Below are positions 9,701-18,190 of a stretch of 64,000 nucleotides of DNA, piece by piece. The notes below the pieces were generated by a model that was not told the DNA's origin, made no database searches, and saw only the letters and a program-made list of their open reading frames with translations. Source of the DNA: a virus. A program made the position numbers and the translations under genes. Numbering within the stretch: the first letter of the stretch is position 1; each line of letters starts with the position of its first letter. The stretch lies in IMG/VR virus record IMGVR_UViG_3300027798_000020, positions 47,101-111,100 of that record; one strand, written 5' to 3'.

Positions 9701-12700
9701 CATACAAGATGAGACTGTCAAATATCTTGATGTAACTTACAAAGGCGGCTTCAACTATGACGAAGCTATTTGTTTTAGAGACGTTGGTTTAATTATTGAA
9801 GCTATGGCCATTGACTTGGTCACAGATGGTACATATCAAACTATCAATGCTGGTACTAGTTACTATAGAAACACCAGCGCCAAGAGTATTGCCATTGGTA
9901 CACAGTATAAAGAAACACTAGACGGTATTGAGTATGCTAAAACTCTAGCAGTACAGGTGCTAAACAGAACAACTGCTTCAAGATATCAAAGCCTGTATAC
10001 TCAGACATTTAATATCAGCGGCACACTGCCAAGCTCACTATATGGCATGATCGGTGACCGTGGTGCACCAAGTCAAGGCGCTATTACTGATTTAACCTAC
10101 AATATGAATACCTTAATTGGTATTATTGTAAACGGTTTTGGTTCTGCACCAACTCCGTCATTCGGTACTGGGTTATGGACTGTAAGACACAGCAACGGTG
10201 GTAACAGTTATGTTGACCAAGGTAATCCAAACAACAACGACATTTTACCAGCCAAGGTATTAGTTGGAGTTAGTTCAGATGCGTTTGCTAATATTGTTAC
10301 TTACGCACCCGGCCTAAGCGACACTTCTGACACTATTACTTGTAGATTGACCAAACCTGCGTACTATCAAGTTGGTGAACAGATTGAGTTCGGTGAGAAG
10401 GTTAAAGATTTACAAATAGTAATTTTTGTTGAAGCTGGTATTTACTACGAAGATTATCCGATCAAACTGCCAACAAACTGTTCGATCAAGGGCGACGAGT
10501 TCCGTAGAACTATTATCCGTCCTAAGGATCGTATCAGTCAAAGTCCATGGCGCAAAGTATTATTCTATCGTGATGCAATTATCGATGCAATGCAGTTAGG
10601 GCCAATTGACACTTCAGTTGATTACAAGACCAATACTACAATTAATGTCAGTGCAACTAATGGAACGATTGTTGTAACATTAGGGTCTGGACAAGTGCCA
10701 AGTTCATGGATTGGTAGACTGTTAGTAGTTGACAGTACTGTTCCTGGACGACCAGAAGGCAAGGCAGTTATTGACTCTGTATCTGGCAACTTTATGAACT
10801 GTAGTGTTGTTTATCCGTTTGAAGTAGCAGGTATTAAACAACCAGTTGATTGGCATTTATATGCCACAACTAACTACGGTAGACATTATCTAGTTAATCC
10901 GTTAGACGTTAACTCAAGTCCAAAAAATAACAAAGAGATCGATATCTTCTTGTGTAACGATGCAACTCGTATTAATAATCTTACTATGCAAGGGCATGGT
11001 GGATTTGCCATGGTGCTTGACCCAGAAGGTCAAATTTTAACCAAGTCACCATACGGACAAGTGTGTTCAAGTTTCTCACAGTCAATCAACCGCAAGCGTT
11101 TTGCTGGTGGGCAGTACATTGACGGATTCGCAGGAAGATTGCGCGGAGCAATTAGTGCTGTTGCTAACAACGGCGGACAAATTACTATTACTGGAGCAGT
11201 TAACTCAGGTTTAGATGTAAGAGCTCCACAGCCTCCGTGTGCATTCTTTATATCAGGAACCCGCTATCAAATTAACGACATTGTTAGTTACAACTCAGCT
11301 ACTAGTTCAGTTACAGTGACAATGGATACTGCCACTCCATGGAACGGCGGATTTAACTTTAATGAAGCAAAGTGTTCAAGAGACGTTGGGTTAATTATTG
11401 ACGCAGTTACTTATGATCTTGTAACTGGATCAAACTATCAATCTATTAATGCTGGCCGCTCATACTTACGTTCATATTCTAGTCTAGTACGAGGTAACGT
11501 ACAACTTGCTAAAACTATACAGGCTTTAGAAGAAGTTACTAGCCAAGTAGTAGCATCTATCCCAGGTAATACTACAGCAATTGCAATACTTCAAGATCGT
11601 ATGCAACTTGTAATTGATATTTTAAGAGATGGTGCAAGTGCTATTCCAGAGCCGGTGTATCCCGCATTGTCATGGCAAACAACTCCATATACTAATGCTA
11701 GAGATATCTTGCTAGCCAACAAAGAGTTTATTGGGGAAGAAGTTGTTTCCTGGATTGGTGTTAACTTTAACGTTGCACAAATTCCTAACTACAGCGTTAA
11801 TACCTGCAGACGAGATGTCAAATATATTGTAGAAGCATTAGTACACGATATTATATACGGTGGCAACTCAATGTCCCAAGATGCGGGTCTTGCCTACTTC
11901 CGCGGAACTACTAGTTACATTCCAGGCGAAGAAGCTGTTACCATTGCTGCCTACAATTACATGAAGGGTATCCTAAACAGTATTGTTCAGAATAACCTAA
12001 TTACTAAATCAGCAGGCAATGATCTAACTCAAAATGTAAGTTTACCAGTGAGTAACTCCACTGTGGGTACTGCTGTTATTGCACTAGTTGATGTGCTAAA
12101 TGACATATTATCAGGCGGTACAACTAGTACCCCTTATCAATTCCCAAGTAACTTTACAGGTGTTAGTACAGTACTGACAACTGCTCGCGCAACAGTGTTA
12201 AGTGTAAAAACTACTATTGCCACTGACATTATTGTATTCTTAAGAGAAGGCCTTGGTACACTAATTAATATTGAGATGGGCGGTAACAAGTCCATGTTGG
12301 CCAACGACTTTGCCATGATCAACGACTTGGGCTATGGTATTGTTGCTAACAACGGTGGTGTAACTGAACAAGTTTCAACATTCTCATACTACTGTCATAC
12401 TCACTATTGGGCCAGCAACGGTGGACAAATTCGTTCAGTTGCAGGCTCTAACTCACATGGAACGTACGGTCTACGTGCTACAGGGTATGACGTAACTGAA
12501 TTACCAGACGAAGTAAACCTAGCAGACAACATGATTCAAGTTGCTCGTGTTTACAAGGAAGGGTTGTTTGTTAATGAAATGACTCCTACTATAGCTAAAC
12601 AATCGTTAGCAGTGTATATCACTGATTACGATTACGGTCCTCAGAATATTTCAGAGCTAGAAGTTGATCATTCTTTAGCTGGTTTTGGTGTTACCCGTTA

Positions 12701-15700
12701 TGAAGTTAATGCGGTTGAAAGAACTGCGGTAACTGTTAACGGTGTAAACATTTTAAAACTAAACTTGTCAACTGCTGGTAACAATGGTACTTCATCAGTT
12801 GGTTTAGTAACTGCACTATACAACGGTCAGTTAGTAACTATTCGTACATTACAGAATAACAAGTACTTGGGCATTGCTAACGTAAACCCAACTCGTCCAA
12901 GTACTGCGTTACAGTATACTGATAATCTAGCAGATATCTATCGTGTTATTACATATAACTTAACAGAAGGTACAGGAGAACTACTGCCGCAAAATCAAGC
13001 AGTACTGTCAACTGACACATCATTTCTTTACTTTAAGATTGTAGTTGATCCGGCTAAGATTGGCACAGTTGATTGGATTGAACCTACTAAGACTATGGGA
13101 TTCAATGTAGGAGACACTAGATTAGCTATCCTGTCTATTGCTAAACAAAATACCATTGACCAAATTAATAAAGGCACGTACATAACAGGCTGGAACGGCA
13201 GAATTCATCGCGTGGCACAGTACTATGGCATACCAGAAACTGTACTTACAGATTATAATCCTGTTGGTAGTACCGGAGTAACACTGAAAGTAACCAGTAC
13301 TACCGGCATACATGAAGGCATGGAAGTTAACGGTAACGGTTTTATTAGTAATCAAACTGTCGTTGCTGTGGTTAACTCTGTAACCTTAACTCTTAGCGGT
13401 GCTCCTGATAGCACACCTGGTGGAGGTTTATCTTTCGTCAGTTTACGACCTGCATATCTTGAGTTAGAAGAAACACCAATTTATAATATTGGTGGTACTG
13501 GTACTATTACTCCAGCATTGACATTTAATTCAATAACCGGAACTGGTTTAGAAACTAGATATATAACGTTTGATACACCTTGGCAGCTGACTCCCCAGAC
13601 TGTAGATAGTTACGTCAATGTATCTGGTCAAGGTAATAGTTTATACAACGGGCCAAAACAAGTAACTAAAATTATTTCTGAAACACTTGTTACAGTTGCT
13701 AGTACATCAAGCCTTGATGTTGGTATGATCATTACCGGCTCTACTGTTACTGGCAACGTTAACTTGACTGATATTGTTAGTTTAACACAATTTAAAGTTA
13801 GCCCAGCTATTTACTTGCCAGCAGGCACTAACATCACTGCTACTAAGGTAGCTACATTAGGCAGCGTTACTATTGTTAACGGCGGTAGTGGGTACTTAAC
13901 TCCACCTGTGATTACAATCAGTGGCGGTGGCGCAACTATTGATGCCCTAGTAACTTGTACAGTTGTTGGCGGCAGTATTGATACGGTAACTGTTGTTAAT
14001 CCGGGTTACAACTATACCAGCTTACCAAATTTATCTATTGAAGTTGCAGGAGACAACAACGCAGTATTAGTACCAGTTCTAACTGCAACATCAACTACTA
14101 ACGTAACTGCAACTGCTGGTGTAAACACATCTCAGATAACATTAGCATACAAGACAGACCCAAATACTAGTGGGACTATTTCTGCAACTACAGTAACTAC
14201 TAACTGGATCAATATTAGTACAACTACAAACTTGTATGTTGGCAATACTATTGTATTCAGCGGTACTGCGTTTGGTGGCATTACCGCAGCCACTACGTAT
14301 TACATCATTCAAGTAGGTACAGGTCAAATTAAAGTAAGTACCAGCAAAGGAGGGTCATCAATTACCCTAAGCACCGCAGTCGGTGCTATGACATTTGTTG
14401 CTAACAGCTTTAATTTTGGAACTAGTATTACTGCCACAGGATTTGGTTCACAGACTGGAACAGGTCCTTATTCAGTTACTCTAAACTTTGGATCAACAAC
14501 TGCGCCTGAGACTGGGCAGTATTACAAGGTAGAAGGAAATTCAAATCCGATATATAACGGATTCTTTAACTGTACTGCATCTACCACTACTAGCATTACA
14601 CTAACATATCCAAATAATCCAGGTGTGTATGGCTCAGGAACTACTCTTATTACTAAAGAATTGACCAAAGGTACAAACGTATCAACAGGTATTAGTAAGC
14701 CGTTTGGAAATATAGATGCTACTACAATTCGTTTAGGTTATGCGGCAGGAGCACAAGGACAAGTTACTACACGTATTAGTACTTGTCGTGCAACAGGGCA
14801 TGACTTCTTAGATATTGGTACTGGTGGTTACTCAACTACTAACTACCCATATCAAATTTATGGCAACCCTGCTATTAGCCGTAAGGGTGAAAACGAAACT
14901 TACGAAGAGGGTGTAGGTCGTGTGTTCTATGTAACCACTGACCAAAACGGTATCTTCCGTGTAGGTCGATTCTTTACAGTTGACCAAGGTACTGGTACAG
15001 TTACATTCTCAGCGTCAATTGCGTTGAGTAACTTGGACGGTATTGGTTTCAAACGTGGTGTTGTTGTAAGTGAATTCTCAACAGATGCTAGCTTTACAAA
15101 CAATGCTCCAGACGCTGTACCTGTTCAATCAGCCACACGTGGTTACATTGACAAGCGTTTAGGTTTAGATCACGGTGGTGCTCCAATTGCCGCAAGTAAT
15201 TTAGTTGGTCCAGGATACTTGGCATTGAACGGTGCGCTGGCAATGAAGGGCAACGTTAATGCTAATAACTACAAAGTTATTAATTTAGCTCCACCAACAG
15301 ATATAAATGATGCTACTCCAAAAGCATATGTAGATGCACAGGTTAGACTATACGATCAATTATCTGAATTATTAGATGTTGATGTTGGCACACCTATTGC
15401 TGGGGACTTGGCAGTCTTTGTAGGCGGTAGCAAAATTATGGTCAGTGCCACAACTGCCGGCGATTTAAGTGCTACCTTTACTAACAGTACTCCGACTACT
15501 TTAGCTGTACCTATTATTAGTTTATTAGCAGTTGATGTGACAACAATTACTGTAGTTAATGCTGCCGCATTCGGAACAGGGCCCGGCTATGTTAAAGTTA
15601 ACAACGAAGTATTTTACTATAGCTCAACAAACTACGGAGCAAACAGACTAGACGGTGTACAACGAATATCAACTACTACAGATACAAAGTTTGGTATTAA

Positions 15701-17195
15701 CACTGGAAACGCATCAGCAACACATATTGTTGGTAGTCCAGTTGTTGACCTAACTAACGCACAGATTAACTACCAAATTAATCCGGGTGTTATTGTCAAT
15801 GCTGACGTTAACGCGGCAGCTGGCATTGTACAAAGTAAATTATCAATGACGCTGGCTACAACTTCTGCCAGCGCACCAACAGGTACTGCCGCACAGAAAC
15901 AAGCTGCCAGTGGCGTAGCAAGTTTTGATAGTGCTAACTTTACTATCACAGACGGTTGGGTTGGAATCAAAGCAGGTGGTGTTGCTCTAGCAGAAATTAC
16001 TAATCTCGGTAATGGTTCTATACTTGGAAACTTTTCTGGCACTGCCAGTGCTCCAAGAGAAGAAACTGCACAAACTGTTTTAGATGCTGGATTTAATTTA
16101 AAATTTACCACTAACGTAGGCGTTGTAACATACGGCGGAACATCTGGTTCTGCTTCAATTACTACTATATCTACAGATGGTACTGCCAGTACAATTGCCA
16201 AATACGGCTCATCTGGTGAGTTTGATACTAAACAATTAAAAGTTGACGGATTTAAAGCCCTTGACGTTTCAGCAAATGCTTTAGAATTCTTTACTCCGGC
16301 AGGTTTTAAATTCCAAAGTGCAATTGGTTCTACAGGTAGTAATACCGTTACTACTGCATTAGGAACTTGGGACTTCAGTGGTGGCACATTAAAAGCCACT
16401 GCGTTTACTACAGGTGCTGCCGCAACTGCTGGTAGTATTACTGGACAGTGGGCAGTACAGTCAAGTAGCTTGGTTGACTTCTCTCTAGGCACATTAAAAT
16501 CAACTACATTAACTACAGGTGCTGCCGCAACTGCTGGTACTGTAACTGGTGCTTGGAGTTTAGGTGCTTCTAGTTCGTTTGATGCTACAGCAGGTACATT
16601 AAGAAGTTACAGTCTATCAACAGGGACTGTTAGTCAAGCTGGTACTATTACTGGTGCTTGGAGTTTAGGTTCTACTAGTAGTTTAACTACCGGCACAGGA
16701 TACATTGATGCTAGAAATGGAACGTTATATACTGCTTCTCTAAATGCAGGAAATGCAACAGCAACAGGTACTATTACAGGTAACTGGAGTACCAGCGGTA
16801 ATCTAGCAGCCACATACGGTGCTGACTTAGCTGAGTGGTATAGAGCTGATACAGAATACGAGGTAGGAACTGTCTTAATATTTGGTGGCTCTGCTGAAGT
16901 AACTGTATCTAATACCATTGCTGACACTAGATTAGCAGGTATTGTTTCTACAAATCCAGCATACATTATGAATGATGGCTTAGAAGGCACACGAGCATTA
17001 ATTGCACTTGCAGGGCGTGTTCCATGTAAAGTGCTAGGTAGAGTTAAAAAAGGTGATATGCTAACAACATCTGCAACTCCAGGCGTGGCAGTTAAAGCAT
17101 TAGATCCTAAGCTAGGTACTATCATTGGCAAGGCACTTGAGGATAAAGACTCTGGTGACATTGCTGTAATTGAAGTGGCCGTAGGAAAGGTGTAA
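6747..17195 (+). CDS. Giant virion structural protein (baseplate/tail appendage), 3482 aa
   Basis: N-terminal IDIGVQGNDGTGDSIRESFRKVNENF resembles the T4 gp9/gp10 N-terminus; six helical CxRD repeats; Thr/Gly-rich beta regions; C-terminal ADLAE...GRVPCKV autocleaving chaperone-like domain. Confidence 0.8.
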   Translation: MARQEIDIGVQGNDGTGDSIRESFRKVNENFNEIYAIFGAGGAISLTNLSDAQSLRFIDGEGYVADYGQNRLIISKTDGSGLAAKTLIAGEGISIDVTDPDKVTITNALSTTASDPAPKLGGPLNSNQFPIGKVPDPSSDLVASFNAVHGPRGVTTTLDELAISKGYADRNYVKSQGGLIGDALRVRDEPLVPQIEEDDYDPTLTSNYVANETLPRKNVVFRGGDSMTGPLILNDHPGAIAGIGSPNGADDLQAATKYYVDNSTYSSAINLFVTTKGDDTQALTPRGKEGRFWNYAYKSVGAACLAAEGLITISQTEPGPYRQRIAYTQGPDQTFSLVTNVTLSGGNSGDTGYVNAFDLLRVNKEFIQYETIAYINNKYVNTFTFDKAKCSRDVGLMIDAVTLDLVLGTTYNTVLAATRYYDESSSKVLSDQLIQTVDAIRFVRDSILNFSYSNTILSAYIGDVIDALCFDVVYQSNFRSIRMAEKFPSAETGIEFEQLIGVLTDLKESILGLSQVVAVPIAVDIINDNINLMIALIQGDEAPTPTLPSVLGVTKGSNSDSRELLLNNIDFIQSEIIAFLTAEYPGLQYSKETCKRDVRLMIEAVIYDLLYGNNTTGVNVASVYAGQRYWVGTQRQIAAPELVPTLAAVEYINTLAQSIVQNQTPAVVYQTTTKQYRNQTFSRVSGVGADAVATRTRITELITIIKGLVEVNVPPAIVEVDVSNTSGTSSALRGVRTAILGTGGNANRTALRNAAVAYVNENYPVINNALALQTINSNFQIIIDLLEIGISSRPEVTYISPESLGGGVTSARELMLENISFIQEETIGWINTNFPDLIYNQNTCKRDLKYIIEAVAYDITYGGNSASVFAGELYWINAVSQVVGQITQTIEGINYAQQIIGQVISNVNILQSYQSPPFQVPQFIDLDLEDGIDATVEINSLFTAIKDLIASESLTIDSQYPALDTGDYSEAYLAIRQTIQNEKSVIQDETVKYLDVTYKGGFNYDEAICFRDVGLIIEAMAIDLVTDGTYQTINAGTSYYRNTSAKSIAIGTQYKETLDGIEYAKTLAVQVLNRTTASRYQSLYTQTFNISGTLPSSLYGMIGDRGAPSQGAITDLTYNMNTLIGIIVNGFGSAPTPSFGTGLWTVRHSNGGNSYVDQGNPNNNDILPAKVLVGVSSDAFANIVTYAPGLSDTSDTITCRLTKPAYYQVGEQIEFGEKVKDLQIVIFVEAGIYYEDYPIKLPTNCSIKGDEFRRTIIRPKDRISQSPWRKVLFYRDAIIDAMQLGPIDTSVDYKTNTTINVSATNGTIVVTLGSGQVPSSWIGRLLVVDSTVPGRPEGKAVIDSVSGNFMNCSVVYPFEVAGIKQPVDWHLYATTNYGRHYLVNPLDVNSSPKNNKEIDIFLCNDATRINNLTMQGHGGFAMVLDPEGQILTKSPYGQVCSSFSQSINRKRFAGGQYIDGFAGRLRGAISAVANNGGQITITGAVNSGLDVRAPQPPCAFFISGTRYQINDIVSYNSATSSVTVTMDTATPWNGGFNFNEAKCSRDVGLIIDAVTYDLVTGSNYQSINAGRSYLRSYSSLVRGNVQLAKTIQALEEVTSQVVASIPGNTTAIAILQDRMQLVIDILRDGASAIPEPVYPALSWQTTPYTNARDILLANKEFIGEEVVSWIGVNFNVAQIPNYSVNTCRRDVKYIVEALVHDIIYGGNSMSQDAGLAYFRGTTSYIPGEEAVTIAAYNYMKGILNSIVQNNLITKSAGNDLTQNVSLPVSNSTVGTAVIALVDVLNDILSGGTTSTPYQFPSNFTGVSTVLTTARATVLSVKTTIATDIIVFLREGLGTLINIEMGGNKSMLANDFAMINDLGYGIVANNGGVTEQVSTFSYYCHTHYWASNGGQIRSVAGSNSHGTYGLRATGYDVTELPDEVNLADNMIQVARVYKEGLFVNEMTPTIAKQSLAVYITDYDYGPQNISELEVDHSLAGFGVTRYEVNAVERTAVTVNGVNILKLNLSTAGNNGTSSVGLVTALYNGQLVTIRTLQNNKYLGIANVNPTRPSTALQYTDNLADIYRVITYNLTEGTGELLPQNQAVLSTDTSFLYFKIVVDPAKIGTVDWIEPTKTMGFNVGDTRLAILSIAKQNTIDQINKGTYITGWNGRIHRVAQYYGIPETVLTDYNPVGSTGVTLKVTSTTGIHEGMEVNGNGFISNQTVVAVVNSVTLTLSGAPDSTPGGGLSFVSLRPAYLELEETPIYNIGGTGTITPALTFNSITGTGLETRYITFDTPWQLTPQTVDSYVNVSGQGNSLYNGPKQVTKIISETLVTVASTSSLDVGMIITGSTVTGNVNLTDIVSLTQFKVSPAIYLPAGTNITATKVATLGSVTIVNGGSGYLTPPVITISGGGATIDALVTCTVVGGSIDTVTVVNPGYNYTSLPNLSIEVAGDNNAVLVPVLTATSTTNVTATAGVNTSQITLAYKTDPNTSGTISATTVTTNWINISTTTNLYVGNTIVFSGTAFGGITAATTYYIIQVGTGQIKVSTSKGGSSITLSTAVGAMTFVANSFNFGTSITATGFGSQTGTGPYSVTLNFGSTTAPETGQYYKVEGNSNPIYNGFFNCTASTTTSITLTYPNNPGVYGSGTTLITKELTKGTNVSTGISKPFGNIDATTIRLGYAAGAQGQVTTRISTCRATGHDFLDIGTGGYSTTNYPYQIYGNPAISRKGENETYEEGVGRVFYVTTDQNGIFRVGRFFTVDQGTGTVTFSASIALSNLDGIGFKRGVVVSEFSTDASFTNNAPDAVPVQSATRGYIDKRLGLDHGGAPIAASNLVGPGYLALNGALAMKGNVNANNYKVINLAPPTDINDATPKAYVDAQVRLYDQLSELLDVDVGTPIAGDLAVFVGGSKIMVSATTAGDLSATFTNSTPTTLAVPIISLLAVDVTTITVVNAAAFGTGPGYVKVNNEVFYYSSTNYGANRLDGVQRISTTTDTKFGINTGNASATHIVGSPVVDLTNAQINYQINPGVIVNADVNAAAGIVQSKLSMTLATTSASAPTGTAAQKQAASGVASFDSANFTITDGWVGIKAGGVALAEITNLGNGSILGNFSGTASAPREETAQTVLDAGFNLKFTTNVGVVTYGGTSGSASITTISTDGTASTIAKYGSSGEFDTKQLKVDGFKALDVSANALEFFTPAGFKFQSAIGSTGSNTVTTALGTWDFSGGTLKATAFTTGAAATAGSITGQWAVQSSSLVDFSLGTLKSTTLTTGAAATAGTVTGAWSLGASSSFDATAGTLRSYSLSTGTVSQAGTITGAWSLGSTSSLTTGTGYIDARNGTLYTASLNAGNATATGTITGNWSTSGNLAATYGADLAEWYRADTEYEVGTVLIFGGSAEVTVSNTIADTRLAGIVSTNPAYIMNDGLEGTRALIALAGRVPCKVLGRVKKGDMLTTSATPGVAVKALDPKLGTIIGKALEDKDSGDIAVIEVAVGKV
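16369..16790 (+). repeat. Intragenic tandem ~105-bp (35-aa) repeats
   Basis: GTL....TTGAAATAG.(I/V)TG.W x4; identical 28-mer at 16407 and 16512; identical 21-mer at 16545 and 16650. Confidence 0.8.
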
Positions 17196-17196
17196 T

Positions 17197-17616
17197 ATGA
17201 GATACAAAGAATTTATTTTAACTGGATTGGGTCAACTTCCCAGTGTGGGAGATAGTTTTGATATTGAACTTGACAACATAGTATTAGAAACCGGAGTGGT
17301 TGGATTTGTTAGCGACGGCATTGTAGTAGAAATTGATGCAATTGGTCTTAGTCACTTATCGGGGTTTCAGCTTGACGAAGCAGAATACCAGGGGCGTAAT
17401 GTACCTTTAGGTAAAAAGATGGCAGGCGATGTAAAGAAATCAAAAGTGTATGTGCGCAAACCTAATGGCAATATTGTCAAAGTTAACTTTGGTGATAAAA
17501 CTATGCGTATTAAAAAGTCTAATCCTGCAAGACGCAAGAGTTTTAGAGCAAGACATAACTGCAAAAATCCAGGGCCACGTTGGAAGGCTAGATATTGGAG
17601 TTGCAGAAGTTGGTAA
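17197..17616 (+). CDS. Probable head-packaged protein with basic C-terminal module
   Basis: MRYKEFI leader; after LDE a basic module AEYQGR...VNFGD...RKSFRARHNC...ARYWSC of a kind seen in T4-like phages. Confidence 0.65.
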   Translation: MRYKEFILTGLGQLPSVGDSFDIELDNIVLETGVVGFVSDGIVVEIDAIGLSHLSGFQLDEAEYQGRNVPLGKKMAGDVKKSKVYVRKPNGNIVKVNFGDKTMRIKKSNPARRKSFRARHNCKNPGPRWKARYWSCRSW

Positions 17617-17637
17617 ATATAGAATAGGATTACATTT

Positions 17638-18174
17638 ATGGCATATCAATTACCCCCAGATCTCATACTAAACATTGGTGCGTATCCAAACGACGGCACC
17701 GGTGATGACTTGTATACCGCTTTTAGCAAAGTTAAAGATAGTTTTACTGCTGTTAGCGGTGCAGTTGATGCAATTTCTGGACAAAATGTTGGTGCAGGTG
17801 CTGGCATTTTTAAAGAAAGAGTCAATAATGTTTTAAAATTTAAGACTATTACGGGCACCGGAGTTACTATTACTACCACAGCAGACACTATTAATTTGTC
17901 TGCATTAACCGCCGTACAGTCAGATACTAGCCCAATGTTGGGTGGGAACCTTAATTTAAATTCTAAAAATATAACAGGAACTGGAAATATCAACATCAAT
18001 GGTAATATGACATTGACCAGTAGCATTACTGCTAGTAATGTGCAATCTTTAGTTTATGGTATTGACATACGAGCGTTACAAGCCCAGGTTGATTCAGGTG
18101 GCGGGGGCTCCGATGTAGATTTTGGGACATTCGTCCAACCCGCGCCTGGCGATCAGGATTTTGGAAACTTTTAA
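17638..18174 (+). CDS. Virion structural protein (gp9/gp10-like N-terminus)
   Basis: LNIGAYPNDGTGDDLYTAF; DTSPMLGGNLNLN; late promoter TAAATA at 17614. Confidence 0.7.
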   Translation: MAYQLPPDLILNIGAYPNDGTGDDLYTAFSKVKDSFTAVSGAVDAISGQNVGAGAGIFKERVNNVLKFKTITGTGVTITTTADTINLSALTAVQSDTSPMLGGNLNLNSKNITGTGNININGNMTLTSSITASNVQSLVYGIDIRALQAQVDSGGGGSDVDFGTFVQPAPGDQDFGNF

Positions 18175-18190
18175 GGATTAGGAGAAACAA

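Noticed and set aside
15770-17161. Long minus-strand ORFs (240 aa, 175 aa) and similar antisense ORFs across the window
   Set aside because: Shadows of the codon bias of + strand genes; no SD, promoter or recognisable motifs
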